53,006 bases of DNA from Candidatus Moraniibacteriota bacterium. GTDB taxonomy: Bacteria; Patescibacteriota; Minisyncoccia; Moranbacterales; UBA2206. Location of the stretch: NCBI GenBank assembly GCA_030679985.1, contig JAUXSI010000026.1, forward strand, positions 1 to 53,006, given 5' to 3'. Under the pieces are notes generated by a model. It saw only the letters and a list, made by a program, of their open reading frames with translations. It did no database searches and was not told the DNA's origin. Below, piece by piece: positions 9,808 through 17,484 of this stretch (positions within the stretch are counted from its first letter, which is position 1; each line of letters begins with the position of its first letter). The translations under genes were made by a program, and so were the position numbers.

Positions 9808-10185
9808 ATGAACGTCGAATCAATTAAAAAATATATTCAAGATAATCCGGAAATTGATCAAGCAAAAAAGGAGGGTTATTTGAAAATTTTATCTTCCCCG
9901 GATGTTTCCAAGGCTGAAATTAGCGAGATTTTGGATGAATTGGAAGATGCGGTCCAGGCTAAGATCGATGGTGTTTATGCCGATGCCGGAGTGGTCTTGG
10001 ATGAGAATAGTCCTGAATATAAAAGGCAATATCAACAAATGGCGACTGAGATAGACGCAGCTGAGAAAGAGTTCAATTCTTCAATGGATGAGATAGACAA
10101 GGAAATGAATGAGGTTGAGGAGGATACATCTCAAAAAATAGATGATGTTAAGGCTCAGTCTATCAGGGACTCAATAGGTATATAG
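9808..10185 (+). CDS. Hypothetical acidic helical protein
   Basis: 125-aa D/E-rich ORF 17 bp after the previous stop; probably co-transcribed. Confidence 0.75.
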   Translation: MNVESIKKYIQDNPEIDQAKKEGYLKILSSPDVSKAEISEILDELEDAVQAKIDGVYADAGVVLDENSPEYKRQYQQMATEIDAAEKEFNSSMDEIDKEMNEVEEDTSQKIDDVKAQSIRDSIGI

Positions 10186-10254
10186 CAATCCATCCTAAAA
10201 AGCTAATTAATAATTTTATTTCCGCTAAAAAAACAGCGGAACAAAAACAAAAAT

Positions 10255-10401
10255 ATGGAAGAGATCCAAAAATGCGAGTGTCCGGAGTGCGTCAAAAGGG
10301 CGCACGAAGCGGCGCGACACGATGAGATGGGGCTGGCGATCCTGATTATGCTGATGCCGGCTATGACGCTCACGCTTTTGTCCAATGTCGGTTTGTTCTA
10401 A
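10255..10401 (+). CDS. 48-aa microprotein with CxCxxC and a C-terminal TM helix (not in ORF track)
   Basis: MEEIQKCECPECVKRAHEAARHDEMGLAILIMLMPAMTLTLLSNVGLF*; A-rich pre-start region; terminator follows directly. Confidence 0.7.
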   Translation: MEEIQKCECPECVKRAHEAARHDEMGLAILIMLMPAMTLTLLSNVGLF

Positions 10402-10418
10402 TAGAAAATTCCGAGATA

Positions 10419-10454
10419 AATATAAAAAGTCCGAGCAATCGGACTTTTTATATT
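10419..10454. terminator. Bidirectional intrinsic terminator
   Basis: Perfect 16-bp inverted repeat AATATAAAAAGTCCGA-GCAA-TCGGACTTTTTATATT between convergent genes. Confidence 0.9.
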
Positions 10455-10501
10455 GGAAAAATTTTCAACCGGAAGCCGTGGACTACGGACTAAAAACCAA
10501 C

Positions 10502-11059
10502 TTATGCCCGGCCGACATATTCGCCTCTTTCGGTATTGACGATTATCTTATCGCCTTCATTTACGAAAAGCGGAGCGGACACCTTGAGGCCGGTTTCAAG
10601 GGTGACGACTTTGCCGCCGGTTGAAACGGTATTGCCCTTGATCCCCGGCGGGGCCTCCACGACTTCCAAAACCACCTTGACCGGGAGCTCGATGTTGATC
10701 GGTGTGTCGTTGAAATTCAAAACTACGATTTCCGTCCCCTCGATGAGATAGTCCGTAGCCGAACCGAGAACGGCTTTAGGCAGCGAAAACTGCTCATAGG
10801 ATCCGTTATCCATAAAGGCATAGCTTTCGCCTTCTTGGTAAAGGAATTGGGCTTTGGATTTTCTGATATCGGCTTCTTCGAGCTGATCGGCGCCTTGAAA
10901 AGTCTTTTCCAGGACCGCGCCGGTAATCAAGTTCTTAAGCTTGGTGCGCAGGACGGATCCGGCGCGTCCGGTTTTGGATTGTTCATGGAAAAGGACGGCA
11001 TAGGGAGCTTTTTCATGGACGATATTTTTGCCTGTCTTGATATCGCTTATATTTAACAT
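10502..11059 (-). CDS. efp: Elongation factor P (Arg-type loop KTGRAG)
   Basis: MLNISDIKTG start, YAFMD..SYEQ, PPGIKGNT, LETGL.V..PLFV.EGD. Start placed at the second ATG (11059), which has the same context as the rpsR start. Confidence 0.95.
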   Translation of the reverse strand: MLNISDIKTGKNIVHEKAPYAVLFHEQSKTGRAGSVLRTKLKNLITGAVLEKTFQGADQLEEADIRKSKAQFLYQEGESYAFMDNGSYEQFSLPKAVLGSATDYLIEGTEIVVLNFNDTPINIELPVKVVLEVVEAPPGIKGNTVSTGGKVVTLETGLKVSAPLFVNEGDKIIVNTERGEYVGRA

Positions 11060-11064
11060 AATCA

Positions 11065-11162
11065 TTGCCGATGCGAATCTACGGATTGCAATACGGATTT
11101 ACGAAATTTTCGGAACTGTTTGTTCGTAAATCCGTCGATGTTTCGTAGTTTCGAATCGGTTT
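11065..11162. repeat. Intergenic hairpin repeat copy 1 (no 20-bp insert)
   Basis: Homologous to 11408-11525 and 12025-12140; perfect inner stem ACGGATTTACGAA (11093-11105) / TTCGTAAATCCGT (11123-11135). Confidence 0.9.
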
Positions 11163-11402
11163 TTATTTTACTACGAATGGTACCAGCGCCATAACGCGGG
11201 CTTTTTTGATGGCGGTTGCCAAGGCTCGCTGGTGCTTGGTGCAAGTCCCGTGTCTTTTTGGCGGGTATATCTTGCCCTGTGAGTTGGTGAAACGCTTGAT
11301 CAGATAGACATCCTTGAAATCGATCTTATCCATTTTTATATCGCAAAAATGGCAAACTTTTTTTTCAGCTTTGGTCGGTTCGTTATTGTTGTATATTTTC
11401 AT
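11163..11402 (-). CDS. rpsR: 30S ribosomal protein S18
   Basis: CHFC...IDFKDV.LIKRF...GKI.P....GTCTKHQR.LA.AIKKAR.MALVPF; canonical rpsF-ssb-rpsR order. Confidence 0.97.
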   Translation of the reverse strand: MKIYNNNEPTKAEKKVCHFCDIKMDKIDFKDVYLIKRFTNSQGKIYPPKRHGTCTKHQRALATAIKKARVMALVPFVVK

Positions 11403-11407
11403 AATTA

Positions 11408-11525
11408 TTGCCGATGCGAATCTACGAATTGAAATACGCCTGCCTGCCTGCAGGCAGGAATCTACGAAATTTTCGGAACTGTTTGTTCGTAGATTCGAAA
11501 TATGTCCGTAGTTTCGAACCGGGTT
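11408..11525. repeat. Intergenic hairpin repeat copy 2 with nested palindrome CCTGCCTGCCTGCAGGCAGG (11439-11458)
   Basis: Aligns to copy 1 except for a clean 20-bp insertion. Confidence 0.9.
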
Positions 11526-11530
11526 ATTGT

Positions 11531-12016
11531 TTAAAAGGGTACGTCTTCAAGCCTGATTTCATCCTGCTCCTCGTCAAGGTTGATGGTCGGGATTTCTTCC
11601 TCGGCTTGTTGTGGGCGGTCGTTTTGCGGACGTTGTTGCTGGGGAGAGACCGGTTTGTTGAATGAGCCAGGTGCGTTGGATGCTCCGGCGGCGCGTGAGC
11701 CTAATTGCATATTTTCCGCGATTACTTCGGTCACTCTCCGTTCCGATCCGTCCTTGGCGGTGTATTTCCGCGTTTCCAATCTGCCTTCGATGAAAGCTTC
11801 CTGACCCTTGGTCAGGTATTGTCCGGCAATTTCCGCCAACCTGCCCCAAAGGACGATGTTGTGGAATTCGGTTTTGTCTTGCCTTTGCCCGCTCTTGTCT
11901 TTCCAAAAACGGTTGGTGGCGAGGCTTAGCGTCGCGACAGATTGGCCGCTGGTCGTGTTGCGGATTTCCGGGTCGCGGGTCAGGCGGCCGACTAACATCA
12001 CTTTGTTAAGATTCAT
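11531..12016 (-). CDS. ssb: Single-stranded DNA-binding protein
   Basis: MNLNKVMLVGRLTRDPE OB-fold start and acidic tail EDVPF. The track's upstream extension is translated repeat sequence. Confidence 0.97.
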   Translation of the reverse strand: MNLNKVMLVGRLTRDPEIRNTTSGQSVATLSLATNRFWKDKSGQRQDKTEFHNIVLWGRLAEIAGQYLTKGQEAFIEGRLETRKYTAKDGSERRVTEVIAENMQLGSRAAGASNAPGSFNKPVSPQQQRPQNDRPQQAEEEIPTINLDEEQDEIRLEDVPF

Positions 12017-12024
12017 TTGTTTTA

Positions 12025-12140
12025 TGCCGATGCGAATCCACGAATTGAAATGCGCCTGTCTGCCGGCAGGCAGGAATCTATGAAATTTCCGAAACGGGCC
12101 ATCCATAGATCCGAAATGCTTCCGTGGTTTCGAAACGGTA
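12025..12140. repeat. Intergenic hairpin repeat copy 3 with nested palindrome CCTGTCTGCCGGCAGGCAGG (12055-12074)
   Basis: Aligns to copies 1 and 2, with compensatory stem substitutions. Confidence 0.9.
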
Positions 12141-12674
12141 TTAGATGTTTAAAATCTCTTCCAATTTTTTATCGATATCCTCGGCGGTTTTTTCCGCGTG
12201 GACAGGTTTCTTTTCGGTAGTTTTTTCAGTTTTTCCGTCTTTGGCGGCCGGGGTCTCCGTTTGACCTGGGATGGTTTTCAAGTCAGGGGTTTTGGCGGCA
12301 GCGACAACTGGCGTTTTTACCGATTTGGCTTTTCTTTCCGATACTGCGCTGGCTGCGCCGATTCTTTCTTCCTTGGTCTTCAGTTCCGGTAATTCCGAAG
12401 CGCGACTGATGACTGAGCGCAGGATATTGGTGTAGAGGTTGAGTTTGCGCGTGATGGATTGGATGCTGGTCGGATCTTCAAGTTCGAAGCGGCGTGCCAC
12501 ATAGAACCCGTGGGTTTCATGCTTGACCTGGTAGGCCAACTTTCTTTTTTCGACGACTTCTTTTTCGTCAAAAACTCCGCCTTCCGCAGTCACGATTTCT
12601 TGCGCTCCGGCCTTGATCGCTTCTAGCTCAGCTTCCTTGGAGGCCGCGACCAGATAGAACAGTTCATACTTCAT
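12141..12674 (-). CDS. rpsF: 30S ribosomal protein S6 with long C-terminal extension
   Basis: MKYELFYLV...KRKLAYQVK....GFY...F...ILRS; first gene of rpsF-ssb-rpsR; K/T/A-rich tail ending IDKKLEEIL. Confidence 0.93.
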   Translation of the reverse strand: MKYELFYLVAASKEAELEAIKAGAQEIVTAEGGVFDEKEVVEKRKLAYQVKHETHGFYVARRFELEDPTSIQSITRKLNLYTNILRSVISRASELPELKTKEERIGAASAVSERKAKSVKTPVVAAAKTPDLKTIPGQTETPAAKDGKTEKTTEKKPVHAEKTAEDIDKKLEEILNI

Positions 12675-12777
12675 TTGGTTGTTTAATTAAAATTTATTAA
12701 CTTTGTTTATGAACTTAGACGGGATCTGCCAGAGGCGGACCGATTTTTATACCCAAATTAAAATTTGGAAAAAAATC

Positions 12778-12853
12778 AAAAAACCGCCAAAGAAAGCCTT
12801 TCCTTGCGGATTTTTACCCTCTTATCTCCGGTCAAACGCCAAAGCGAGAGGAT
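12778..12853 (-). promoter_or_regulatory. Putative ribosomal-protein leader/attenuator upstream of rpsF
   Basis: Minus strand: ATCCTCT..CCG..AGAGGGT hairpin, then CCGCAAGGAAA/TTTCTTTGGCGG hairpin + T6; CTTTGGCG occurs twice. Confidence 0.55.
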
Positions 12854-12877
12854 ATTTGGACTTTCTAAGTTATGTTT

Positions 12878-12906
12878 AGTTTAGCGTGGTGAGGGAGAAA
12901 AGTCAA
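12878..12906 (-). promoter_or_regulatory. rpsF operon promoter
   Basis: Minus-strand TTGACT-17 bp-TAAACT. Confidence 0.65.
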
Positions 12907-13013
12907 GGTTTTTCAAGTAACGGGATTCGGATCCCAGGGAATGCTATGTCGCTTGATAAAATCGTGTTACCATTGTATATAAGGCGTTAATCTGAAAAAT
13001 GGGAGGTGCGTTT

Positions 13014-13199
13014 ATGCCGAAAGAAAGTTTAGCTGTTTATTTCATGACCGTCGCGTGTCCTTGGGACAGCTGCGAAAGCCTGCAGACGGTCAAATTGAGC
13101 CGCAGGGCCCGCAATTATTCCGCACCCGAGGAATATCGGTGCACGAGTTGCGGGAAATCATTCCGTATCGCCGGTGTTATGAACACCGTGGCTAAATAA
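13014..13199 (+). CDS. Small zinc-ribbon protein (61 aa)
   Basis: GGAGGT Shine-Dalgarno 6 nt before the ATG; CPWDSC...CTSCG Cys pairs; upstream TTGATA-17-TATATA. Confidence 0.7.
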   Translation: MPKESLAVYFMTVACPWDSCESLQTVKLSRRARNYSAPEEYRCTSCGKSFRIAGVMNTVAK

Positions 13200-13235
13200 A
13201 TGCCAGGCGATAGGGTATCGATGTTGCGTAAGGGG

Positions 13236-13994
13236 TCAGCTGGAAATTCCAGCCGGCCCATTGTTTTTTTCAGGCAATAAATCCCAAATCGTTTCAAAAA
13301 ACCCTTTTTGCGTGTCATGGATCTTCTGGCTTTCGATGATGATGGCCATTTCTTCATTATAAGATACGAAGCCGACTTTGTTATAGCCATAGACTACCAT
13401 TTCGATTTGGATGTTGAATTTTTCTGAGGGTACTAACTTGGTCTGGGAAAAATAGGCGCCTAATTCTTCAGCAACGTCGCGAAGGACGGGATTGTTGCGG
13501 AAAAGGATTCTGGCCCAGATCTTTTTTTCTTGGCGTTCTGGCATAAAATAGTCGGTAAAAAAGCCTTCATAATCCCAAAATTTCTCATTGAAAGTTCCCA
13601 ACATTTCTACGCCCGGGTATTTCAAAACGTCATTAAAAACTTCCTTGTAGGCCTCTTTGCCTTCAAAATATCTGATTTTAGGCTTTTTGTCGATCAGATT
13701 GGTGATGGAAAGAAGTTCCGGCATGATTTCTTCCAGTCCGCGTTTTTCTTCTTCTAATAATTCCAGAAGTTTTTTCGGGTTTTCTGCCAAAAATACCGGA
13801 CGTTTTTTGCGCCGTGACTGACTGATGATCCCCCTTTTTTTTAGCAGTTCAATCATTTCATAGACGGTTGAACGCTTAATTAGCGATTTTTTGGTAATTT
13901 CGGCTATAGTCCCTTCGCCTAATTCCAAGATAGTTATGTATACTTGTGCCTCCTTTTTATCGAATCCGTTAGTGATAAGTTTGTCTAAAATCAT
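13236..13994 (-). CDS. TrmB-family transcriptional regulator
   Basis: GFDKKEAQVY..ILELG..T..EI......RSTVY....L...G winged HTH, AENP, PKIRYFEGKE effector domain. Alternative start at 14039. Confidence 0.9.
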   Translation of the reverse strand: MILDKLITNGFDKKEAQVYITILELGEGTIAEITKKSLIKRSTVYEMIELLKKRGIISQSRRKKRPVFLAENPKKLLELLEEEKRGLEEIMPELLSITNLIDKKPKIRYFEGKEAYKEVFNDVLKYPGVEMLGTFNEKFWDYEGFFTDYFMPERQEKKIWARILFRNNPVLRDVAEELGAYFSQTKLVPSEKFNIQIEMVVYGYNKVGFVSYNEEMAIIIESQKIHDTQKGFFETIWDLLPEKNNGPAGISS

Positions 13995-14121
13995 ATGTTT
14001 TATATAAATTAACGAATATTTAGTCGTTAATTTAATCATAGCATATATGGCTAAAACTGTCTATAACAAAGCAAATTTAAGATTGTCTCCCTTGCATGTC
14101 TCCCGGGGAATAACATTATTA

Positions 14122-14150
14122 TTGATAAGTTGACAAAATAGTGCTAGTAT
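14122..14150 (+). promoter_or_regulatory. Putative promoter of the carbamoyltransferase operon
   Basis: TTGATA-17 bp-TAGTAT with TGn extension, in the divergent intergenic region. Confidence 0.45.
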
Positions 14151-14247
14151 TGCTTGTTAATAAATTTTATTACATGCGATTAATCAATAATAACTGCTAG
14201 ATAGACTTAATTTATTTTTTAAGACTATTCGGTAGAAAGCTAAGTCT

Positions 14248-16044
14248 ATGAATAATACAAAGAAAGATGTATATACTCTGGGAATAAATTCCGCCTATCA
14301 TGAACCATCCGTTTGTCTGATAAAGAACGGTAAGGTAATCGCAGCGGTAGAAGAAGAGCGGTTCAATCGGATGAAGCATGGGAAACATTGCTTGATAGAC
14401 AATCCGCATGAGCTACCGTACAACGCTTTGGACTATTGTCTAAAACAGGGTGGTATAACTTTAGATGATGTGGATCAAATTGGCTTTACTTTCAATCCAA
14501 TCAACAGACTAACGAAAAATATCGGCCTTGAGGAGGATGTGGATGCGGGTGATTGGGGTAGTGAGAAAGGTGAGCGGCTGTACTATAAATTATCTATGTC
14601 GGTTCCTCAGATATTGGAAAAGAAATATAAAGCGAAAATTGCACACAAGTGGAATTGGTTGCCCCATCATACTTGTCACGCGGCTAGCGCTTATTATGAC
14701 TCGCCTTTCTCCGAGGCGGCCGTTATGACCTTCGATGGAATAGGTGAATTTGCCAGCATTACATTGGGCTATGGCAAAAATAACAACCTGTCTATATTTA
14801 AGGAGGCAGGTGAATATCCGAGCTCGCTAGGATTCCAATGGACTAAGGCTTCCCGCTTCTTGGGTATCTTAGTCGATGGCGCAGGTGAATATGGCGCAGG
14901 TAAGATTATGGCTCTGGCTTCCTACGGTAATCCGGATAAATATTATGAGACTTTCAAAAAATTTTTGAGTTATGATAAGGAAGGAAACTTTGTTGTGGAT
15001 GGTGATGTGATGCAATTCCGAAAAAGTACGCATGAAAATTTCGAGAAAATGTTCGGTTTCAAGGCGCGCAAGGAGGATGGGGAAATAACGCAAGACCATA
15101 TGGATTTCGCGGCAGCTCTACAAAAAATTACCAACGAAATCATGTTGGGTTATGCGCAGCAGGTTTATAAATTGACCAAGCAAGACAATCTTTGTATGGC
15201 AGGGGGTGTCACTCTGAATTGCACCAGCAATACTAACTTGTTGGAAAAAAGCAGATTCAAGGATATCTATATCCAACCAGGTGCCAATGATATGGGAACT
15301 TCTGTCGGCGCGGCTTATTATTGCTACCACGAAATCTTAGGTCAAGAAAGAAGAAATGTTGCAGCTAAAACTCCCTATACCGGCCCGGAATATGGTGAAA
15401 AGGAAATTTTGAAAGCGCTCAAGAATGAAAAGGGCGTCCAGTATGTCAAGGTGACCGGCATCGAGAAGGCGACTGCGAAACTGATTGCCGAAGGTAAGGT
15501 TATTGGATGGGTGCAAGGGCGGGCTGAATTCGGACCGCGAGCCTTAGGCAATAGGAGTCTCTTGGGTGATCCAAGGAAGATCGAAATGTTCAAAAGGATC
15601 AGCTTGGATATAAAAAAAAGAGAATGGTATCGTCCGCTAGCCCCGATTGTCATGGATGAATATGTCGACCAATGGTTCAATCGTCCGAAGCACGGAGCGG
15701 AATCGGATAAATGGATGCTTTTCGCTTATCCGATACGGACGGGAAAGAGAAAATTAATTCCAGCCGTGACGCATCATGATGGGACAGGTAGAGTGCAAGT
15801 AGTTTCGAGGGATACCAATTCAAGATTGCATAAGTTGATAAGCCACTTTAACTCGCTGACTGGAGTACCGGTTTTGATTAATACCTCGTTCAATAGTAAT
15901 GAGCCGATGGTATTGACACCAGAACATGCTATCAACACTTTCTTGAAGTCTGGAAAAGACGGAATTGATGTCCTGGTAATCGGAAGCTATTTGATCACCC
16001 GCAAGGATATTGATGCGAAGAAATTAGCGAAGCATAAATCCTAA
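14248..16044 (+). CDS. Carbamoyltransferase, NodU/CmcH/TobZ family
   Basis: LGIN..YHE.S, EEERFNRMKH, HHTCHAASA, DGIGE, AGGVTLN, PGANDMG (Kae1-like domain); GRAEFGPRALGNRSLL, KKREWYRPLAP, HHDGTGRVQ, NTSFN (YrdC-like domain). Confidence 0.96.
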   Translation: MNNTKKDVYTLGINSAYHEPSVCLIKNGKVIAAVEEERFNRMKHGKHCLIDNPHELPYNALDYCLKQGGITLDDVDQIGFTFNPINRLTKNIGLEEDVDAGDWGSEKGERLYYKLSMSVPQILEKKYKAKIAHKWNWLPHHTCHAASAYYDSPFSEAAVMTFDGIGEFASITLGYGKNNNLSIFKEAGEYPSSLGFQWTKASRFLGILVDGAGEYGAGKIMALASYGNPDKYYETFKKFLSYDKEGNFVVDGDVMQFRKSTHENFEKMFGFKARKEDGEITQDHMDFAAALQKITNEIMLGYAQQVYKLTKQDNLCMAGGVTLNCTSNTNLLEKSRFKDIYIQPGANDMGTSVGAAYYCYHEILGQERRNVAAKTPYTGPEYGEKEILKALKNEKGVQYVKVTGIEKATAKLIAEGKVIGWVQGRAEFGPRALGNRSLLGDPRKIEMFKRISLDIKKREWYRPLAPIVMDEYVDQWFNRPKHGAESDKWMLFAYPIRTGKRKLIPAVTHHDGTGRVQVVSRDTNSRLHKLISHFNSLTGVPVLINTSFNSNEPMVLTPEHAINTFLKSGKDGIDVLVIGSYLITRKDIDAKKLAKHKS

Positions 16045-16064
16045 TAAATTAAGTGTAAAAAATT

Positions 16065-16238
16065 ATGAATAAGAATATCGTAGATAAAATTGCTGCGGAA
16101 ATAGTCAGTAAAAAAATTTCCGAGCAGGAAGTGGAAGATGCAAAAAAGGAAATTGGTGAATATATTTCCGAATTGCAAAAACAAGCTTCCATCAGTCTGG
16201 ATCTGGAATTGGAAAAATTCATCATTGCCAGGCGGTAA
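16065..16238 (+). CDS. 57-aa small ORF inside the operon (not in ORF track)
   Basis: MNKNIVDKIAAEIVSKKISEQEVEDAKKEIGEYISELQKQASISLDLELEKFIIARR*; fills the gap; AAAAAATT before the ATG, as for the next gene. Confidence 0.75.
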   Translation: MNKNIVDKIAAEIVSKKISEQEVEDAKKEIGEYISELQKQASISLDLELEKFIIARR

Positions 16239-16280
16239 AAAAAGTAATGTTAATTTAATTCATTAAATTTAAAAAAAATT

Positions 16281-17483
16281 ATGGAATTAGACAGGGAAAA
16301 AATCATCCCACACCTTAAGCAGAAAGCCAGATTGGATTGTTATGAGGTACAAGGAAGCGTATATTCAGCGGAGAAATTCGTAGCAAAATATGCGTATTTA
16401 TTGAAGGCACATGAACAAAAAATTATCCAGGAGCAGCTAAGCAGCTTAGGAAAGGATGCGGCGGAATTGTTCAGCCGGCCGATCGCCAATGTCGAAGCGG
16501 CTAGTGTATTGGTAATAAGCAGTGAAAAATCAAGTCTGAAAAAAATCGGCAGCCGGTCAGCATATTTGGAAGAGAAAAAGTTGAAACTTAAGGGTTGCCG
16601 TCCGATGCAGGATGGGTTGTATTTCCCGCACGAGAAATTGGATTTCGGCAATAGGCAAATGACTACCACTAAAATTCCCTTCGGCGTGTTGACGGATGAA
16701 AATGTGATGCGGGAAATCCTGGCTTATTGTTTCTTGCAAAAAAATAGCATCCAGGCGATGCAACAGCCGGCTGCGGTCTTCGAATACGCGGATGGCGAGA
16801 ATATAATCGGATATTGTTTGTTGTCCTATTCACAAACTGAAGCGAGGTTGGAAGCTCAAGAAGAATTCTATGGCATGACCGTGCGGAGCTTGGTCACAGT
16901 GAGCGAGATGGAGAGGCGATTAGGGCTTGATGTTCTTGGTAAACTGGATAATTTTTCCAAAGTCAGTAATGAATGGTATGCCGAGAAGAAAAGTGATCTG
17001 ATGATCAAGATGAATTTCAACGGAGGGTTCCGCGGCGTGCTCAACAGCAATGTCGGAAATGACATCGAATACCAAGATAAATTTTATATCTGTGACTTCG
17101 ATACGTTCGAGGTGATCAATATGCCGGAGAAACCGGATTATGAGTTTATCAGAAGTTTTGTCCTGTGGAGTATCATCGAAATGTTGAAATCATCCCCACT
17201 TGTGTTCGCCTATGTGAATATGGATGGCCTAAATAGAAAAGAAGTTGCGGAGCATATCTGGGAGGTGTACACGAAAAACAGCCTATTGTGGCAGAAATAC
17301 TATCAGAAATTTTTGTCTCAAGCGATGGAGCTTGGTTGGGATGCGAACTTGATTGAAAAAGCCGTACAGGATACGGTGGCATCAGACGTGTTTTATGATA
17401 TGGCTCCGGATAATGTCATCGCTTCGGAAGTGCTCAAAAACACTTATCAACCGGAAATGTCTTTCTACACTAAGCAAGGTTAA
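16281..17483 (+). CDS. SelO-like protein-kinase-fold enzyme (putative AMPylase/kinase)
   Basis: GSRS, LKLKGC, PFG...REIL, GFRGVLNSNVGN and ICDFDT follow the order of SelO GRx, LKGAG, DG...RE.L, GF.HGVMNTDN and IDYG. Confidence 0.6.
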   Translation: MELDREKIIPHLKQKARLDCYEVQGSVYSAEKFVAKYAYLLKAHEQKIIQEQLSSLGKDAAELFSRPIANVEAASVLVISSEKSSLKKIGSRSAYLEEKKLKLKGCRPMQDGLYFPHEKLDFGNRQMTTTKIPFGVLTDENVMREILAYCFLQKNSIQAMQQPAAVFEYADGENIIGYCLLSYSQTEARLEAQEEFYGMTVRSLVTVSEMERRLGLDVLGKLDNFSKVSNEWYAEKKSDLMIKMNFNGGFRGVLNSNVGNDIEYQDKFYICDFDTFEVINMPEKPDYEFIRSFVLWSIIEMLKSSPLVFAYVNMDGLNRKEVAEHIWEVYTKNSLLWQKYYQKFLSQAMELGWDANLIEKAVQDTVASDVFYDMAPDNVIASEVLKNTYQPEMSFYTKQG

Positions 17484-17484
17484 T

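Noticed and set aside
12017..12106. N-terminal extension of SSB (MDGPF...LPAGRQ...) and ORFs 11062-11244, 11314-11511, 11408-11665, 12017-12220
   Set aside because: They are translations of the intergenic repeat and palindrome; SSB homology starts at MNLNKV (12016).
11065..12140. CRISPR array or integron attC interpretation of the three repeats
   Set aside because: The units are about 100 bp, separated by core ribosomal-operon genes, with no cas or integrase gene and no clear RYYYAAC/GTTRRRY ends.
13995..14247. Scattered TGTCT/AGAC words as TrmB operator sites
   Set aside because: I could not define a consistent palindrome or spacing by eye.
17353..17484. Longer 404-aa start for the radical SAM gene
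   Set aside because: It overlaps the upstream CDS by 131 bp; the ATG at 17485 directly follows that stop.
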